The notes under the pieces: model-generated
The model's database searches: none
Told to the model about the DNA's origin: nothing
Seen by the model: the letters and a program-made list of their open reading frames with translations, nothing else
Part shown: piece by piece, positions 9,680 to 20,824 of the stretch
How the letters are laid out: each line of letters starts with the position of its first letter
How positions within the stretch are numbered: the first letter of the stretch is position 1
Position numbers and translations under genes: made by a program
NCBI GenBank assembly: GCA_965644315.1
Contig: CBFFRQ010000099.1
Coordinates: 1 to 29,693 of the forward strand
DNA from: Caecitellus pseudoparvulus
Lineage: Eukaryota > Protista > Bigyra: Bicosoecida
Direction: 5' to 3'
Length of the DNA stretch: 29,693 nucleotides

Positions 9680-11720
9680 CGGTGGACTAGCTTGCCGTAC
9701 CAGGTGCCAACAAGTTTGCCTAGAAGTACATTTCGCAGTAAACGTCTCTGTTTCTCATGCACCGCTCCCCACAAGCACGCACAGCCTGGACGTAGTGGAT
9801 GGCAGTTGCTCGGTCCATGCCACAGCCCCCAAGCACCTCCACGGCGCCTGAGATGCATGTGCTCTGACCTCCACCTGCACCAGTCGCTCGTCCAAGCGCA
9901 CTGCGCACCAAGGCCTGCCTTTGCTCCCACAAGTATCATGACCACGACTGAGGCTGCAGGAAGCTGCTTGAAGATTGACCTTTCTCACGCCGTGTGCCTT
10001 AGCCTTGGCCTTGGCGCCAGTGCTCCATCTGGCCGAGAGTGCCTCATGTCGAGCGTGGGTGAGGTGGCCAAGGTGGAATGCAGGCTCCCATGCAGGCTGC
10101 GGCAAGGCTTCGAAATCGCACCTCAAACCACTTAACGCCCCAAATCACGCCCTCCTTGCAGCTTTCGGCCTGACTCCAGCCCCACCTTTGCGAAGCCTGA
10201 CCCGTCCAGGTGCAGCGGGTGGCAGCGAACGAAGCCAAGCCTCCAATTCAACCTGCACCCAGCAGCCAGAGAAGCACCCCTACTAGTGCAGCTCGCGCAC
10301 CTACGCAGTGACAACCCACGCTATGAAGAGCTCCGTCGGCTTTCGTCCGTAGCGAGTGCTCGTGTCGCCCCAGACAGCGTCCTTGGCTCCCTCCGCCACG
10401 ATGTCCCCTGTCGCAAGGCAAGCCTGATGAACAACTGCTCGAGCTCCACCCAGACCCACGAGCTCCCTACAACCGCGATAAGGACCTTCTCGCATGCTAG
10501 ACGAAGACCAGCTTCATCTCAATGCGCACGTCTACACTTCGACCAATACTCAAGGCAAGAAGCTCCCGAACCACGCCCAAGTGGCCGATGGAGCAGGCCC
10601 AGACAAACCCGAAGTCAAGCCCGCCTGCATCCCCAATACTCGCACCTACAGCATGAAGGCCTGCTCGAGACAAAATCCCCCGCACAGCAGAAAAGCGCCA
10701 CTCTGACATGCCCATCGAGCGTCGAACTCTCTCCGAGCATTTACGCGGCTGCAAGTCTGCTCGTCAGCTAGCCCAAGCAGCTCAAGGACGCCCACATGAC
10801 CGCCATGGCACATCTCCACATGCCAAGCCTCAAATTCCTTCCCATCACTTGCATGCGCGTCCACAGCTCGGCCCCGTCAAAGTGCGAGAAGCTCCCACAA
10901 CACATCCACATGCCAGCCTGAAAGCAGCTTTACACCTGGATCCACCTCTCGCGTGTTCGTCAGCTGCCCGGCCACCATGCAAGCTCAAAAGTGTCACCAA
11001 CATCCCAGGTGTCCATGCTAGCGTGCGGGTCGAATCCTGGTCTCAGGCCCATTGAGGTCTGCTGTGTGCACGTCCACTACGCGCTCTTCTCCCAAAAACG
11101 AGAGTCTCTACTCTGCCCGCAGAAGTAACGCAGCTCTGCACCCCTGCCGAGTGCTTGTGCCGTCCCACATGGAATTTTTGCCAGCCTGGACAGCAGCCAG
11201 CCCGGCATCAAGCCTGTCCTGGAGTGGAATGGTGCGGCTGCCAGCCAGCCCCAGCAGCTCTCGCATGACAGCCACATTGCCACCTTGGAAGGCAAAGCAG
11301 AAGGCAACCCCGTTGTACGTGTTCACATTCACAGCCCGCTGCCCAGTCAGAGCTTGGAGTTCTCGCACTATTTCCACATGGCCAAATGCACACGCTTCGC
11401 GGAAGTCAGCCTCAGGCACACCCCTTGGCCCGGCATGCACATCCACTGCCCGGCCACCCTCCAAAGCAAGAAGCTTGTGGACTACTTCTAAGTGACCATT
11501 CTTGCACGCACCCCGGAACCCTCCTTTGGGTCCAAGCCAGTCCCCTGCGTGCACATCCACCGCCTGCGGACCAGTCAGAACCAAGAGTTCACGCACGATG
11601 TCGACGTGACCACGCCCACATGCCTCCTGAAATCAGACCTCTCGCCCACTCAGACCGCCAGCATGCACAATCCCCGCACTGCCACCTGCCAACGCCTGGA
11701 CTCAGCGGACTTTCTGCACC
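9680..11720 (-). pseudogene. Cluster of about three degenerate tandem ankyrin-like repeat gene remnants, paralogous to 27595-29439
   Basis: Fragments such as FRGACKNGHLEVVHKLLALEGGRAVDVHAG (11108-11596) and WACSIGHLGVVRELLALSIGRSVDV (10497-10754). The family-specific C-terminal cap (W.GTSTR.G) recurs at ~11150, ~10360 and, degenerate, ~9700. Many frameshifts and stops. Confidence 0.8.
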
Positions 11721-12457
11721 CTTCCGTCTCAACAAGCAGCCAGGAGCTTGGCTTCGCTGCTGCCATCTCCTTGTCCACCTCCCGGCATGAAAGGGCTGCT
11801 CAGGTCAAGCGGTATCATTGGACCTGACGGCATAAAAGAGCCTACATCTCCGAACGGTGCTTGCCATCCCTCCTCTGGCGCTGCTCCATGCGGCTGTCCA
11901 TCCACCGTGGTCCAGCAAGCAGATTCCGCAACTCCGCACGCGCTGCAGCTGTCCAGTCTGCGCTGCAGGCTTAGCTGCAGCGATTCGCCCATACTTGAGT
12001 ACATTCAATCCACCCCTGTCATCCACTTGTGCGACTTTATGCAGGTGTGAATTGCAGTGCACCTCGTGTTTGCGCTGGCGCTGTCACTGCTTCGCCCAGC
12101 TGCTGGCCACGCCAAACACCCACAGCTGGCGCCCCACCCTTCCTGCAAGGCCTGGCGCAGCAGCACACCAGATCCCAACTTTCAACCAAAGCTACTACAC
12201 CACCCCACGCCATCGCCATACTGCACACCTGCTCACGCTCCCCACCAGGCCGGGCAAGCGGCACACTCGAGCCACAGCAAGCAGCTCTGGGAGCTCAGCA
12301 GTCTTAGAACGCCCACCCTGACCCCGTCCACGCACAATGCGCCCAGCAGTCACCTGTGTTCAATGTGCATTGCCTTCACACAGCCCACCAAGTGCACAAG
12401 GTCAGCCGATCCGCACACGAGCTTCGCACCGTAGCCACTGAGCAAACTCGACACACC

Positions 12458-15400
12458 TCAGTCTTTGGGCTGCAGGTTCTTGATGGCGTCAGTGATGCGC
12501 TGCTTGAGCGCAGTGGCCTTTTCCCTGAGCTGCTTCGCCACTTGAGAGGGGTCCGTTCCTGCCGCCAGGCCCAGGCCGCCGGCTAGCGGCATGGCGGAGT
12601 TGACCACTGCGCCAAAGGTGCTGCCGCCCGACATGGCCTGCACGCCCAGCAGGATGAAGACGAGCATGATGACGAGCAAGACCACGAGCACCATGAGGCT
12701 GTACAGCAAAACGTCCCACGAGAGGCCCATGGCTGAGAGGGCTGCTTCGGTGATTTCCCGCAGCAGGATGTGGATGCCCGCCTTGAACTCCTGGCGGTCC
12801 AGCACGTTGTCCGACTCGATGACGTCCAGCGACGCGAAGATGCGCTTGGCCCGCTCGTTGGTCAGGGGCAGCGATGCGTTGGCAGTGAAGTCCACGAACT
12901 CGTCGAAGGAGATGCCGCCGCCGTCCGTGTCAAAGGCGTCGTACAGCAGGTCGATGGCTTGGTCTGATAGGCGCCCGTTGACGAGGGGCAGGGAGGCGAA
13001 CTTGTTGGCGAGCTTGGTCTTGGCGCCCGCCACGACGCTGTCCATGGCCGCCTTGGCCTTGTCCTTCGCAGCGTCCAGGGCCACCTTGGCCGCTGCAGTT
13101 GCCGCAGCGGTGGCGGCAGAGGCAGCTGCGCCGGGCGATGAGGTGTCGACTCCAGCCCGTTGTAGCTGCTCCACGAGGCCTGTGATGGTGTTGATGATGG
13201 TCTCCAGGCGGTCCTTGTTGAAGCCGCCGAACTGCAGGGCCAGCTTGCGCACACCCGAGATGTCCCTGCGCGACAAGGACAGGATGGCGTCCACGATGGC
13301 CAGGGCGCCGTGCTGCTCCACCGGCACCACGCTCTCCAGCAGCTGCATGATGTGCTCCTGCCGCTTCCCCAGCTCCTCCGCCACCGCCTTGCTCACTGCC
13401 AGCGCCTTCTTGGCAGAGCTGCCGCTGGTGGAGCCCGCTGCAGACACGGCCGCCGCAGCTGCCGCGCCACTCTGCCCTGCCGCCTGTGCGCGGGACGCGA
13501 CAGAGGCAGCTGAGCCAATGACGGACTCAGCCTGTGACGCAGCGGCATTGGAGACGTCTTCCAGGGCACGCAGGCGGGCCTGCATAAGTGCGATGAAGTG
13601 CTGGATGACGCCGAGGGCAGCCACGAGCTTGGGCTCGTTCTGCACCAGCGCCTGCACGAAGACGGGGATGGTGGTGAGGAGCTCACCAGGATTCCCGCGC
13701 AGGAGGATGCCGCCCAGCGTGACGGCCCGGAACTTGGGATCGCGCAGGCGCTTGACGAAGATCTCGTCGCCACTGCCCTGCGACAGGAAGTCCGTCACCA
13801 TGCCCAGGGATGAGAGGGCGCCCTGTGCCTGGGAAATGCCGCCTGAAATGGCCCCTGCCGCACTGCCCACAGCCCCCAGAGCAGAGTCCCGCGCACCCAT
13901 GATGTCTGCACTGAGCAGGGGGGACAAGTTGGCGCCGCCCACCATGCTGCTGGCGGCGTCCTGCGCCTGGCCTGCCGCTGCACTAGCAGACGCACTCAGC
14001 GCAGCCAGAGGCGCTGCGACAGACGTCGCGATGCCATGTGAGACTTGTGACGCGGCGAACTTGACCACCGCCATTGAGGCCTGTGCAGCCTGCGACACCT
14101 GCCCCTTGCGGGACCGGGCCGCCTTCCCTGACGTGTCGCGCTGCAGGACCGCCCGCACCTTGTCCACTGGCCCCAGCAGGCCCATGGCAGACTCGATGGA
14201 GGATGGAGACACGCTCTGCAGTAGCTTCACTTCTTCGAAGCTGGTCAGTCCAGGGGGCAGCTCGTGGCCTCCGTGGGACACATCCCTGACGCGCTGCACG
14301 ATGGCCTCGGCGGCCGGCTTGGGCAGGCGTCGCAGCAGGACGCGGATGAGGGAGTTCCGGATGCTTTCGTTGTGCAGCAGAGTGAGCTGCACGGTGTTTT
14401 GTGTCAGCATGACGCGGGGAATGCCAAGGATGCGGCAGAGGCCCGTCGCAACGTCGCCCTGCATGAGGGAGAAGAAGCCGATGAGGACGCGGTCCACCTC
14501 TGGCAGGACAAAGGCCGGGTTGGCGCCCCACACAGCCCTGGACAACAAGCGCACAGAAGCACCCTTCACGCCAAAGTACTTCTCCATCGTGCGGTTGGAC
14601 ATGCCTCGCAGAGACTGCAGTGGGTGCAAGCCCACCCCCACACTCCACCGCTGTGCCGCCTGCAGCACAGGCAACACTTGGTCCAGCAACCAAGGCCGAC
14701 GGGTGGTCTCTTCGTCCCCGCGGTCGCCAGAGGATGCTGCCACAGCTGCGAGGGCAGGGCCGGCAGCACATGCCACGGGGAGAATGCGCAGCAGTTCCTC
14801 AGCAGGCGGCAAACGCCCTGTCACGAACTTCAGGATGGTGCTGAGCACACGGGCTGTGGCACGCACAGGCTTGGCCTCACCGCCGACATCGTCGTCCTCC
14901 TCCCTGCAGAAGGGGATGTTGCTGAAGCGCGCAGACTCCACACGCGTCAGCAGCTTCAGAGCCCTGTCCAGGTCAATGCAGGCGCTGTCCCGCGTCAAGT
15001 CCAGGCCTGCCTCGGCGGAAGCGCGGGCAAGGTCGTCGCGGACAGCCAGAGACTTAACAGCTGCCGCGGCATCGTGGGAGGACAGAGTGCTCATCTCGTC
15101 TTCATCGATCATCAGTTGCACCGTCGCAGAGCTGCTGCGAGCATCGCCCACCAGGCGGTGGAACTGGTTCGTGTGTTCCTCCTGCTTCTTGGCGAACTTG
15201 TCGCTCATCTCCGCCTCCACGAACACGTCCAGGCGGTCTCGCTGCGAGTACAGGTCAGACACGAACGCCATCTGCATGCGCATGGCATCATGCACGGGCA
15301 GGTTGGCGCCGTTCACTGCCTCCACCATGTCCAGGCGCAGCTCCTCAGCCACGGCCTGGGACGTGAGCAACTCCCCGATGGGACGGTAACCTGCCATGGC

Positions 15401-16423
15401 CCGCGCGTTCATGTGCTTCATCTGGGCGCGGTGCACGTGGAAGCGGCAGTGGAACTTGCCCCGCATGACGCTGATGGAAAAGGCGGGGTAGATGGGCATG
15501 CCTTGCAGGTCCAGGTTCTTGAATGCGACGCCCATGGGCGCGTCGAAGTTCCCGTTCAGACCGAAGGTCATGGTGCGCTTATCGTAGTCCACGGCGCAGC
15601 TGATGATGCCACCGTTCTCCCACTCGCTGCCAAAGGAGCCGTCATCTCCGCCATTCCACTTCTTCCGACGCTGGCCGTCCCAGGCCCACGAGTTGGGGTC
15701 GTCGCCAACGCCATTGTTGCGCTTGGTCGTGAAGGCGTTGTTCACCCAGCCCACCTGCAAGTACCGGTCTCGCCCAGAGAACATCTGCAGCTCGTAGTAG
15801 TACCTTCCCGACGTCACCGCCGCGCCTGGGATGGCCACTGTGGGGAACGTGGACGCTTTGCTGGTGTTCAGCGACAGCCGCACACGGCCACTGCTGTCCC
15901 CCATGAACAGCCCATCGATGCCGAGGATCTGGTACTTCCGCCTACCTGACACCATGGGCAGGGGGCGTGTTGGTCCACCAGCGTTGAACTCGGGCGCGTA
16001 CTTGCTCTGCAGCACCTTGCGGCTCTCGCTGCCCGCATACCGCAGCGCGTCGTCACTGTCGTCCATGACTGCAAAGTCAAAGTAGTCCTCCGCCTCTGCC
16101 ACCTGATCGCCGCCCTTGGGCGACATGGCTGAGCCGCGTCGAGGGTGTCCCTTGGAATCTGGCGAGCCGAAGCCCTTCTTCTTGCTCTGCCCTGTCAGCA
16201 GCCGCATCGTGCTCATCTTCAGCATGGCGTCCTCCTTGTGTTCAACCAGGTCATCATCGTCCTCACCAGGGTTGCCGCTGGAGGAGAGGCGGCTGGGGGA
16301 TCCGCCCTGGGCTGGTTTGGCTTGCTCACTGCCAGGTTTCTGCTTCTCTTCCGCTTCAAATCCGCCTGGTCTGTCCGACCCGACGCAGGGGTGGGCAAAG
16401 GAGGCGGCGCCTTGCGTGTGCAT
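12458..16423 (-). CDS. Large protein with a SPRY/B30.2-like domain, Ala-rich helical region, EF-hand pair and C-terminal transmembrane segment(s); probably lacks its true N-terminus
   Basis: 1321-codon ORF with strong GC3 bias. SPRY signature GRYYYEL..LQVGW..GVGDDPNSWAWDG..W..G.IISCAVDYDKRTMTFGLNG. EF-hand-like loops DTDGGGISFDEF and DVIESDNVLDRQEF. Hydrophobic stretch LLYSLMVLVVLLVIMLVFILLGV. The ORF's ATG lies in the insertion site of the TIR element. Confidence 0.85.
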   Translation of the reverse strand: MHTQGAASFAHPCVGSDRPGGFEAEEKQKPGSEQAKPAQGGSPSRLSSSGNPGEDDDDLVEHKEDAMLKMSTMRLLTGQSKKKGFGSPDSKGHPRRGSAMSPKGGDQVAEAEDYFDFAVMDDSDDALRYAGSESRKVLQSKYAPEFNAGGPTRPLPMVSGRRKYQILGIDGLFMGDSSGRVRLSLNTSKASTFPTVAIPGAAVTSGRYYYELQMFSGRDRYLQVGWVNNAFTTKRNNGVGDDPNSWAWDGQRRKKWNGGDDGSFGSEWENGGIISCAVDYDKRTMTFGLNGNFDAPMGVAFKNLDLQGMPIYPAFSISVMRGKFHCRFHVHRAQMKHMNARAMAGYRPIGELLTSQAVAEELRLDMVEAVNGANLPVHDAMRMQMAFVSDLYSQRDRLDVFVEAEMSDKFAKKQEEHTNQFHRLVGDARSSSATVQLMIDEDEMSTLSSHDAAAAVKSLAVRDDLARASAEAGLDLTRDSACIDLDRALKLLTRVESARFSNIPFCREEDDDVGGEAKPVRATARVLSTILKFVTGRLPPAEELLRILPVACAAGPALAAVAASSGDRGDEETTRRPWLLDQVLPVLQAAQRWSVGVGLHPLQSLRGMSNRTMEKYFGVKGASVRLLSRAVWGANPAFVLPEVDRVLIGFFSLMQGDVATGLCRILGIPRVMLTQNTVQLTLLHNESIRNSLIRVLLRRLPKPAAEAIVQRVRDVSHGGHELPPGLTSFEEVKLLQSVSPSSIESAMGLLGPVDKVRAVLQRDTSGKAARSRKGQVSQAAQASMAVVKFAASQVSHGIATSVAAPLAALSASASAAAGQAQDAASSMVGGANLSPLLSADIMGARDSALGAVGSAAGAISGGISQAQGALSSLGMVTDFLSQGSGDEIFVKRLRDPKFRAVTLGGILLRGNPGELLTTIPVFVQALVQNEPKLVAALGVIQHFIALMQARLRALEDVSNAAASQAESVIGSAASVASRAQAAGQSGAAAAAAVSAAGSTSGSSAKKALAVSKAVAEELGKRQEHIMQLLESVVPVEQHGALAIVDAILSLSRRDISGVRKLALQFGGFNKDRLETIINTITGLVEQLQRAGVDTSSPGAAASAATAAATAAAKVALDAAKDKAKAAMDSVVAGAKTKLANKFASLPLVNGRLSDQAIDLLYDAFDTDGGGISFDEFVDFTANASLPLTNERAKRIFASLDVIESDNVLDRQEFKAGIHILLREITEAALSAMGLSWDVLLYSLMVLVVLLVIMLVFILLGVQAMSGGSTFGAVVNSAMPLAGGLGLAAGTDPSQVAKQLREKATALKQRITDAIKNLQPKD

Positions 16424-17083
16424 GGGAATATACTGGAAATGGGCAAAATTGGTGCGGTGCCCAATGATCGTGTGCGCGAATGAGGCACATTGCAGTGGTT
16501 CGTGCGAACCTCAGACGCAAGTCCAGGGGCGCGCAGGGGGCCTCACAGAGCCAGTAGCCTCGCTGCGTTTCAAGTGTGTTGAGTGCTGGTCGCGGCGACC
16601 TGCACCATCGCTGAAATCCATCACAGGCAAGTCCGCATCGTAACACTTCGTGACTCGGCTTGGAGACGGCGACAAGGTGTTTCTATGGCTTTGCAACGCT
16701 CCATGGAGATAATGCCCCAACAGGAGACGAAATTTCCAAAAAATTGTGCTGCATACAATCCTAATAGATTTATGGAAGTGTTCCTGTCCAAAGCGTGCCC
16801 GTGGGTTGTCTCTCTCCCGCCAGAGAGCGCTGCACAGTGCGGGTGTGGTGTTTCGCTTTGCTTCACCACGCCAATCCACGAGGCCTGCGGTATCTCTGCA
16901 TTGGGCTGCACTTTACCGGCTCTGAACAGTTGAGAGGTCCGTTACATGAAGGTAGTCTGATGAAACGTTGAATTATTCTGCAAGTCTCTCAGACCACGCG
17001 GCTAGCCTCGTGGTCCTGGCTGGCCTGTGGGTCGATGAAACTCCCTTCACCCAACCGGAGAGCCGGTGGCCCTGCTCCAGCCC

Positions 17084-20000
17084 TCAGCGGCGTGCACGCT
17101 TGGCTCTCGGGGGGCTGAGACCATGGTGCCTAACTCGCTTCTCCCGCTGGACAAACTGCTCTTCTTCTCGCTGCACCTTGCTGGCCACTCGCTCGACCTG
17201 GGCGACAGTGGCGTGAGCAGCGGAGGCGATGCGGGACGCCGCTGTGTTGGGGCTGTACCTGGCAGTCTTGGCCTCTTGCGTCTCCTTCTCCTCCCTGAGC
17301 AGTCGGCGAATGTCTTCCTCAATCTCTGGCGTGACGGACGAGCTGGCCTTGTGGTACAGGGGCAGGCCAGAGGCCTTGGCTTCCTCGAACGTGGTAGGCG
17401 CAGGCGCATCCGGGCAGCTCTGCAAGGCTGCTGTCAGGGTACCTCGAGCAAAGCCACCTACATCACCAGTCAGTACAGAGCAAAACTCTAGAGTGGCCGC
17501 AACGTCTTGAGACTTGCTGCGTGTCTTTTCCTGCCGGCATTCATCGCTCGCATACTTGGACAGCAGCTTGGCAGCAGTGGCCTGGTTCTTCTCCAGCCAG
17601 TACAACGTCAGGTTCATCTCGGCAACATCCAGGCGAGTGGATGTGCCTGCTGACACCATGTGCCGCATGCCTGAGTGCAAGCTCTCATTGCCCCCGGTGG
17701 TGGTGGCGCCGTGCACCGCGTCACGCCCATCCAGCAAGCCTTGAATCCCCACATCGTTCTGCAATGACGCCTTCACCCGAGCGCGAGTGGCGGGGAAGGA
17801 GGACTTGGGATCCAGGATGCCGCGTGTGATGCGGCCTTGCACGGCGGTGCCTGCGCCACCTCGCGATTGAGGCGCCCACACCTGGCGAAACAGGCTTGCA
17901 GTGCGCTCCAGTGCCGCCGAGGCCTGCTTGTGAGTGCAGGGCCCAATGTGGAGAGGAAGGATGGGCACCCCACTCGGATGCAGCCCAGCCTGAGTTGGTG
18001 TGAAGTGATCTCCTCGGCACCGTCGGAGCAGCATGCCTGCTGAAGTGGCACACACAGCTGCCAAGGCGAGGGGGGCGAGCTTGCGAAGCCTTGCGGCAGC
18101 CCCAACTGCACGCCCTGGCCCATACAGGGCCCACCCATAGGCTGTGAGGAATTCTCGGACTTGTGTCTTTTGGGAGTCTGACAGGGACTTGCGTTGCAAG
18201 ATGCAGCAGGCGCAGTCGATGAAGGCCTGGATGTCGGCAGGCTCGGCAGAGTTCAAGGCGGCTCGTTGGCGAGCAACGGCATCCTCTGGAAGAAGCAGTT
18301 TGGGAGACACCACGCCCAGTGCAGGTGTTCGGATCCACTCCACTGTGTCGAACCAAAGCCTGGTCATGAGTGGGCCATCCTGGTGCATGCCTTTCTTGGG
18401 AATGGCCTTGGCCACGCGGCTGGCGAAGTGCCACGGGTCCACCGCGAACCGCACTTCGCCTTTCTTCAGCAGTGGGAAGTGCACGTCGATGATTGCCTGC
18501 AGGGCGTGCTGGTGGGCTTTGAGGTTGTCCACTGTGATGACGCTGGGGTGAGACGCCGCCGGGCCGCGCTCCCGCAGGTGTCCCTTCAGCCTGCACAGCA
18601 CTAAGCCCAGGACCCAGGCCAAGTTTGCCGCGCTTTCGTATCCCGTGAACATTGGAGGTTGCAGGATGAAGCCGTACCGGCCCACAACCGTGGCTATGCA
18701 GGGAGCTACTCGCCACCGAGTCCTGCATGTGGCCCGCGTAGCCCGGCCTCCGCTGCCCGCACAGGCTTCCTCCTCTGCACCCTCGTCGCTGTCGCTGTCG
18801 CTGTCGCTGGCGCAGTCACTGCCTTCTTCCCCATCCAGCTCATCTGCAGGCTCTTCCTCGCCCAGCTCGTGCTGTGTGCTTGCTGGTGCAGCTCTGGCCC
18901 TGCGCAGTGGCTGCGGGCCCGCGACGTGCACCCGGGCCGAGGATGCAAAGGTCCAGTCCACGCTGATGGTGTCAGCGAAGCGTGCGAGGGCCTGCAGGTA
19001 CCCCTCCACATGCGGCTTGACAGCGGCATGGTAGATGTGCAGGATGGCATCCCGCAGAGCCTTGCCACTTGTGCTGGATCGCACGTTGCCCACAACATGC
19101 TTTCTGGCTCGGCGCACGGCTTGGGCCAGCGCATATTGCACCTCAGGGCATTCACCAAGAGAGGAGTGCTTCTTGAACAGCTTCTCTTTCCAGGAGTCTA
19201 CCTTGTCCTCGAAGGGCCGCATGAGGTCTCGCCAGAAGGCTTTCTGCACCTTGACCATGCCTTCGCGGCGGTGCGCGACGTAGTTCTCCCACAGACTCGT
19301 AGCAGCAGCCTCGTCCATCAGAATGGTGCCAGCGATTGCGCATGGTATGGAAAGGACCAGCCTGCGGCCCTCCATGCCAGGTGGGGGCGATCCATCTGGG
19401 AGTACGTCCGGGTACAGCTGGTGCTTGACCCTCCAAAAGGATCGCGACCCCACCGTGACAGCAAATCGATGGCTTCTGCAGAGCAGAGTCGCCTTTGTTA
19501 CAGGCTGCACTCCCTTGAATCCGGTGAACAGACACTGCTTCGCGCTGTAGGAGCCATTGGTCGTCCACTTGCACGCGCCGTCGCAGCTGCCTGCCTTGGG
19601 ACAGGTGCCCCATGGCAGCTGCTGCCGCACATCAGTCCAGCCCTTGCTACTCACGGATAAAACTGTGAGTTCGGTGCGCATGGAGGGGTGCGCCATGCTT
19701 CCCTTCAGGTCCGCTTCCATTTGGTCCAGGTCCGCTTGGACCTCTGCGGGGATGGGCCGGTCTCCTACTTGGGCCGGCCTGCCAGCTTGTGCGGCCACCG
19801 CGACTTCGAAGCGCAACCGTGCTGCGGCTGCAGCTGCTTGGTATGCTTCACTGGCTGGCAGGCTGTGGCCGTCTGGGCTCCACGGCACAGTCTTGCTGGG
19901 GCATGGGCCAGGAGGGCGAGGGAGGAAGGATGACTGCTCGCCACAGGCTGGGTGGGTGGCAGCGAGGCCCACTGGCTGGACGTCCAGGGTGACGGGCTGC

Positions 20001-20824
20001 TTCCCGGTGGGGATGTAGTGTTCGTACAGTGAGCCTGCCAGTGCAGCATTCGCGGCAGGCTGCACAGCCCAGGAGTCCCTTGTGACGGCGTGTGTTGTGC
20101 CTGCCAGGGTGCCTGCCTTGCCCTCCATGTCCTCACACGGCTCGATGTACCTGTACAGCATGCTGCCTTGCTTCTCAGTTGCATCCTTCCTCAGTGCTGC
20201 GTCCACGGAGCCTTGCCCATCTCGCAGCGCTGACGCGACGCCCAGCTCAGCAGGGTTGTCAGGGAAGGCCACCAGCACCCCTTCTCCATGCTGGGGCGGC
20301 AGCCTAGCCCGGCTTAGCGCTGCACGGGTGGCCATGACGGTCGCCCCAGGCAGTCCCAGGGTCACAGGCTGCGCGGGGGATGCCATGAACATGCCCAGCA
20401 CTGAACCCACTGAGCCAGCCAGGGCAGCCGCGCTGGGAGGCACGATCATATCCGAGGGGGCCTCAGGGAGGCACTCAGGAGCTACGTCGTCTTTGGTGCA
20501 CTGCTGGACGAACTCGTCGCCGACAGGCGCGGCGTCCAGCAGCAGCCGACTGGCCGCAGCTGCACCGGCCCGCACCATGGCTCGGGCGGTGTCGATGGCT
20601 TGAGTGAACCAAGTGGTGCCCTGGCCGCCTGGAAGGCTTCGGCGGAAGAACCCTTCAGCCATGTCTGCGATGGCCCGTGGAGATAGCATCCACTCGCCGC
20701 TGGAGCTAGGGGGGTCCATGGCTGGGCTTGCAGCGCCTCCAGAGCCAGAGCCAGTGCCTGCGCAGAGGCAGCACCATTGCCGTGACGCTGTGGCGCGGCG
20801 AGCAAGGCGCTTTAGCACGCACAT
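17084..20824 (-). CDS. Putative DDE transposase, 1246 aa
   Basis: Cys/His cluster (CPKAGSC...LLCRSH), then an RNase H-like motif order: TISVDWTF (D1), IATVVGRYGFIL, PSVITVDN (D2), RFAVDPWHFASR (DxxH), TTGGNESLHSGM (E). Basic NLS-like C-terminus PPRAKRARR. Confidence 0.75.
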   Translation of the reverse strand: MCVLKRLARRATASRQWCCLCAGTGSGSGGAASPAMDPPSSSGEWMLSPRAIADMAEGFFRRSLPGGQGTTWFTQAIDTARAMVRAGAAAASRLLLDAAPVGDEFVQQCTKDDVAPECLPEAPSDMIVPPSAAALAGSVGSVLGMFMASPAQPVTLGLPGATVMATRAALSRARLPPQHGEGVLVAFPDNPAELGVASALRDGQGSVDAALRKDATEKQGSMLYRYIEPCEDMEGKAGTLAGTTHAVTRDSWAVQPAANAALAGSLYEHYIPTGKQPVTLDVQPVGLAATHPACGEQSSFLPRPPGPCPSKTVPWSPDGHSLPASEAYQAAAAAARLRFEVAVAAQAGRPAQVGDRPIPAEVQADLDQMEADLKGSMAHPSMRTELTVLSVSSKGWTDVRQQLPWGTCPKAGSCDGACKWTTNGSYSAKQCLFTGFKGVQPVTKATLLCRSHRFAVTVGSRSFWRVKHQLYPDVLPDGSPPPGMEGRRLVLSIPCAIAGTILMDEAAATSLWENYVAHRREGMVKVQKAFWRDLMRPFEDKVDSWKEKLFKKHSSLGECPEVQYALAQAVRRARKHVVGNVRSSTSGKALRDAILHIYHAAVKPHVEGYLQALARFADTISVDWTFASSARVHVAGPQPLRRARAAPASTQHELGEEEPADELDGEEGSDCASDSDSDSDEGAEEEACAGSGGRATRATCRTRWRVAPCIATVVGRYGFILQPPMFTGYESAANLAWVLGLVLCRLKGHLRERGPAASHPSVITVDNLKAHQHALQAIIDVHFPLLKKGEVRFAVDPWHFASRVAKAIPKKGMHQDGPLMTRLWFDTVEWIRTPALGVVSPKLLLPEDAVARQRAALNSAEPADIQAFIDCACCILQRKSLSDSQKTQVREFLTAYGWALYGPGRAVGAAARLRKLAPLALAAVCATSAGMLLRRCRGDHFTPTQAGLHPSGVPILPLHIGPCTHKQASAALERTASLFRQVWAPQSRGGAGTAVQGRITRGILDPKSSFPATRARVKASLQNDVGIQGLLDGRDAVHGATTTGGNESLHSGMRHMVSAGTSTRLDVAEMNLTLYWLEKNQATAAKLLSKYASDECRQEKTRSKSQDVAATLEFCSVLTGDVGGFARGTLTAALQSCPDAPAPTTFEEAKASGLPLYHKASSSVTPEIEEDIRRLLREEKETQEAKTARYSPNTAASRIASAAHATVAQVERVASKVQREEEQFVQREKRVRHHGLSPPRAKRARR
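18785..18808. repeat. (GTCGCT)4 microsatellite encoding SDSDSDSD in an acidic insert of the transposase
   Basis: Four direct copies read in the sequence. Confidence 0.9.

Noticed and set aside
12591-15949. Long + strand ORFs of 932 and 561 aa
   Set aside because: Antisense to the SPRY/EF-hand gene. Open antisense frames are expected with high GC3, and their composition is typical of shadows.
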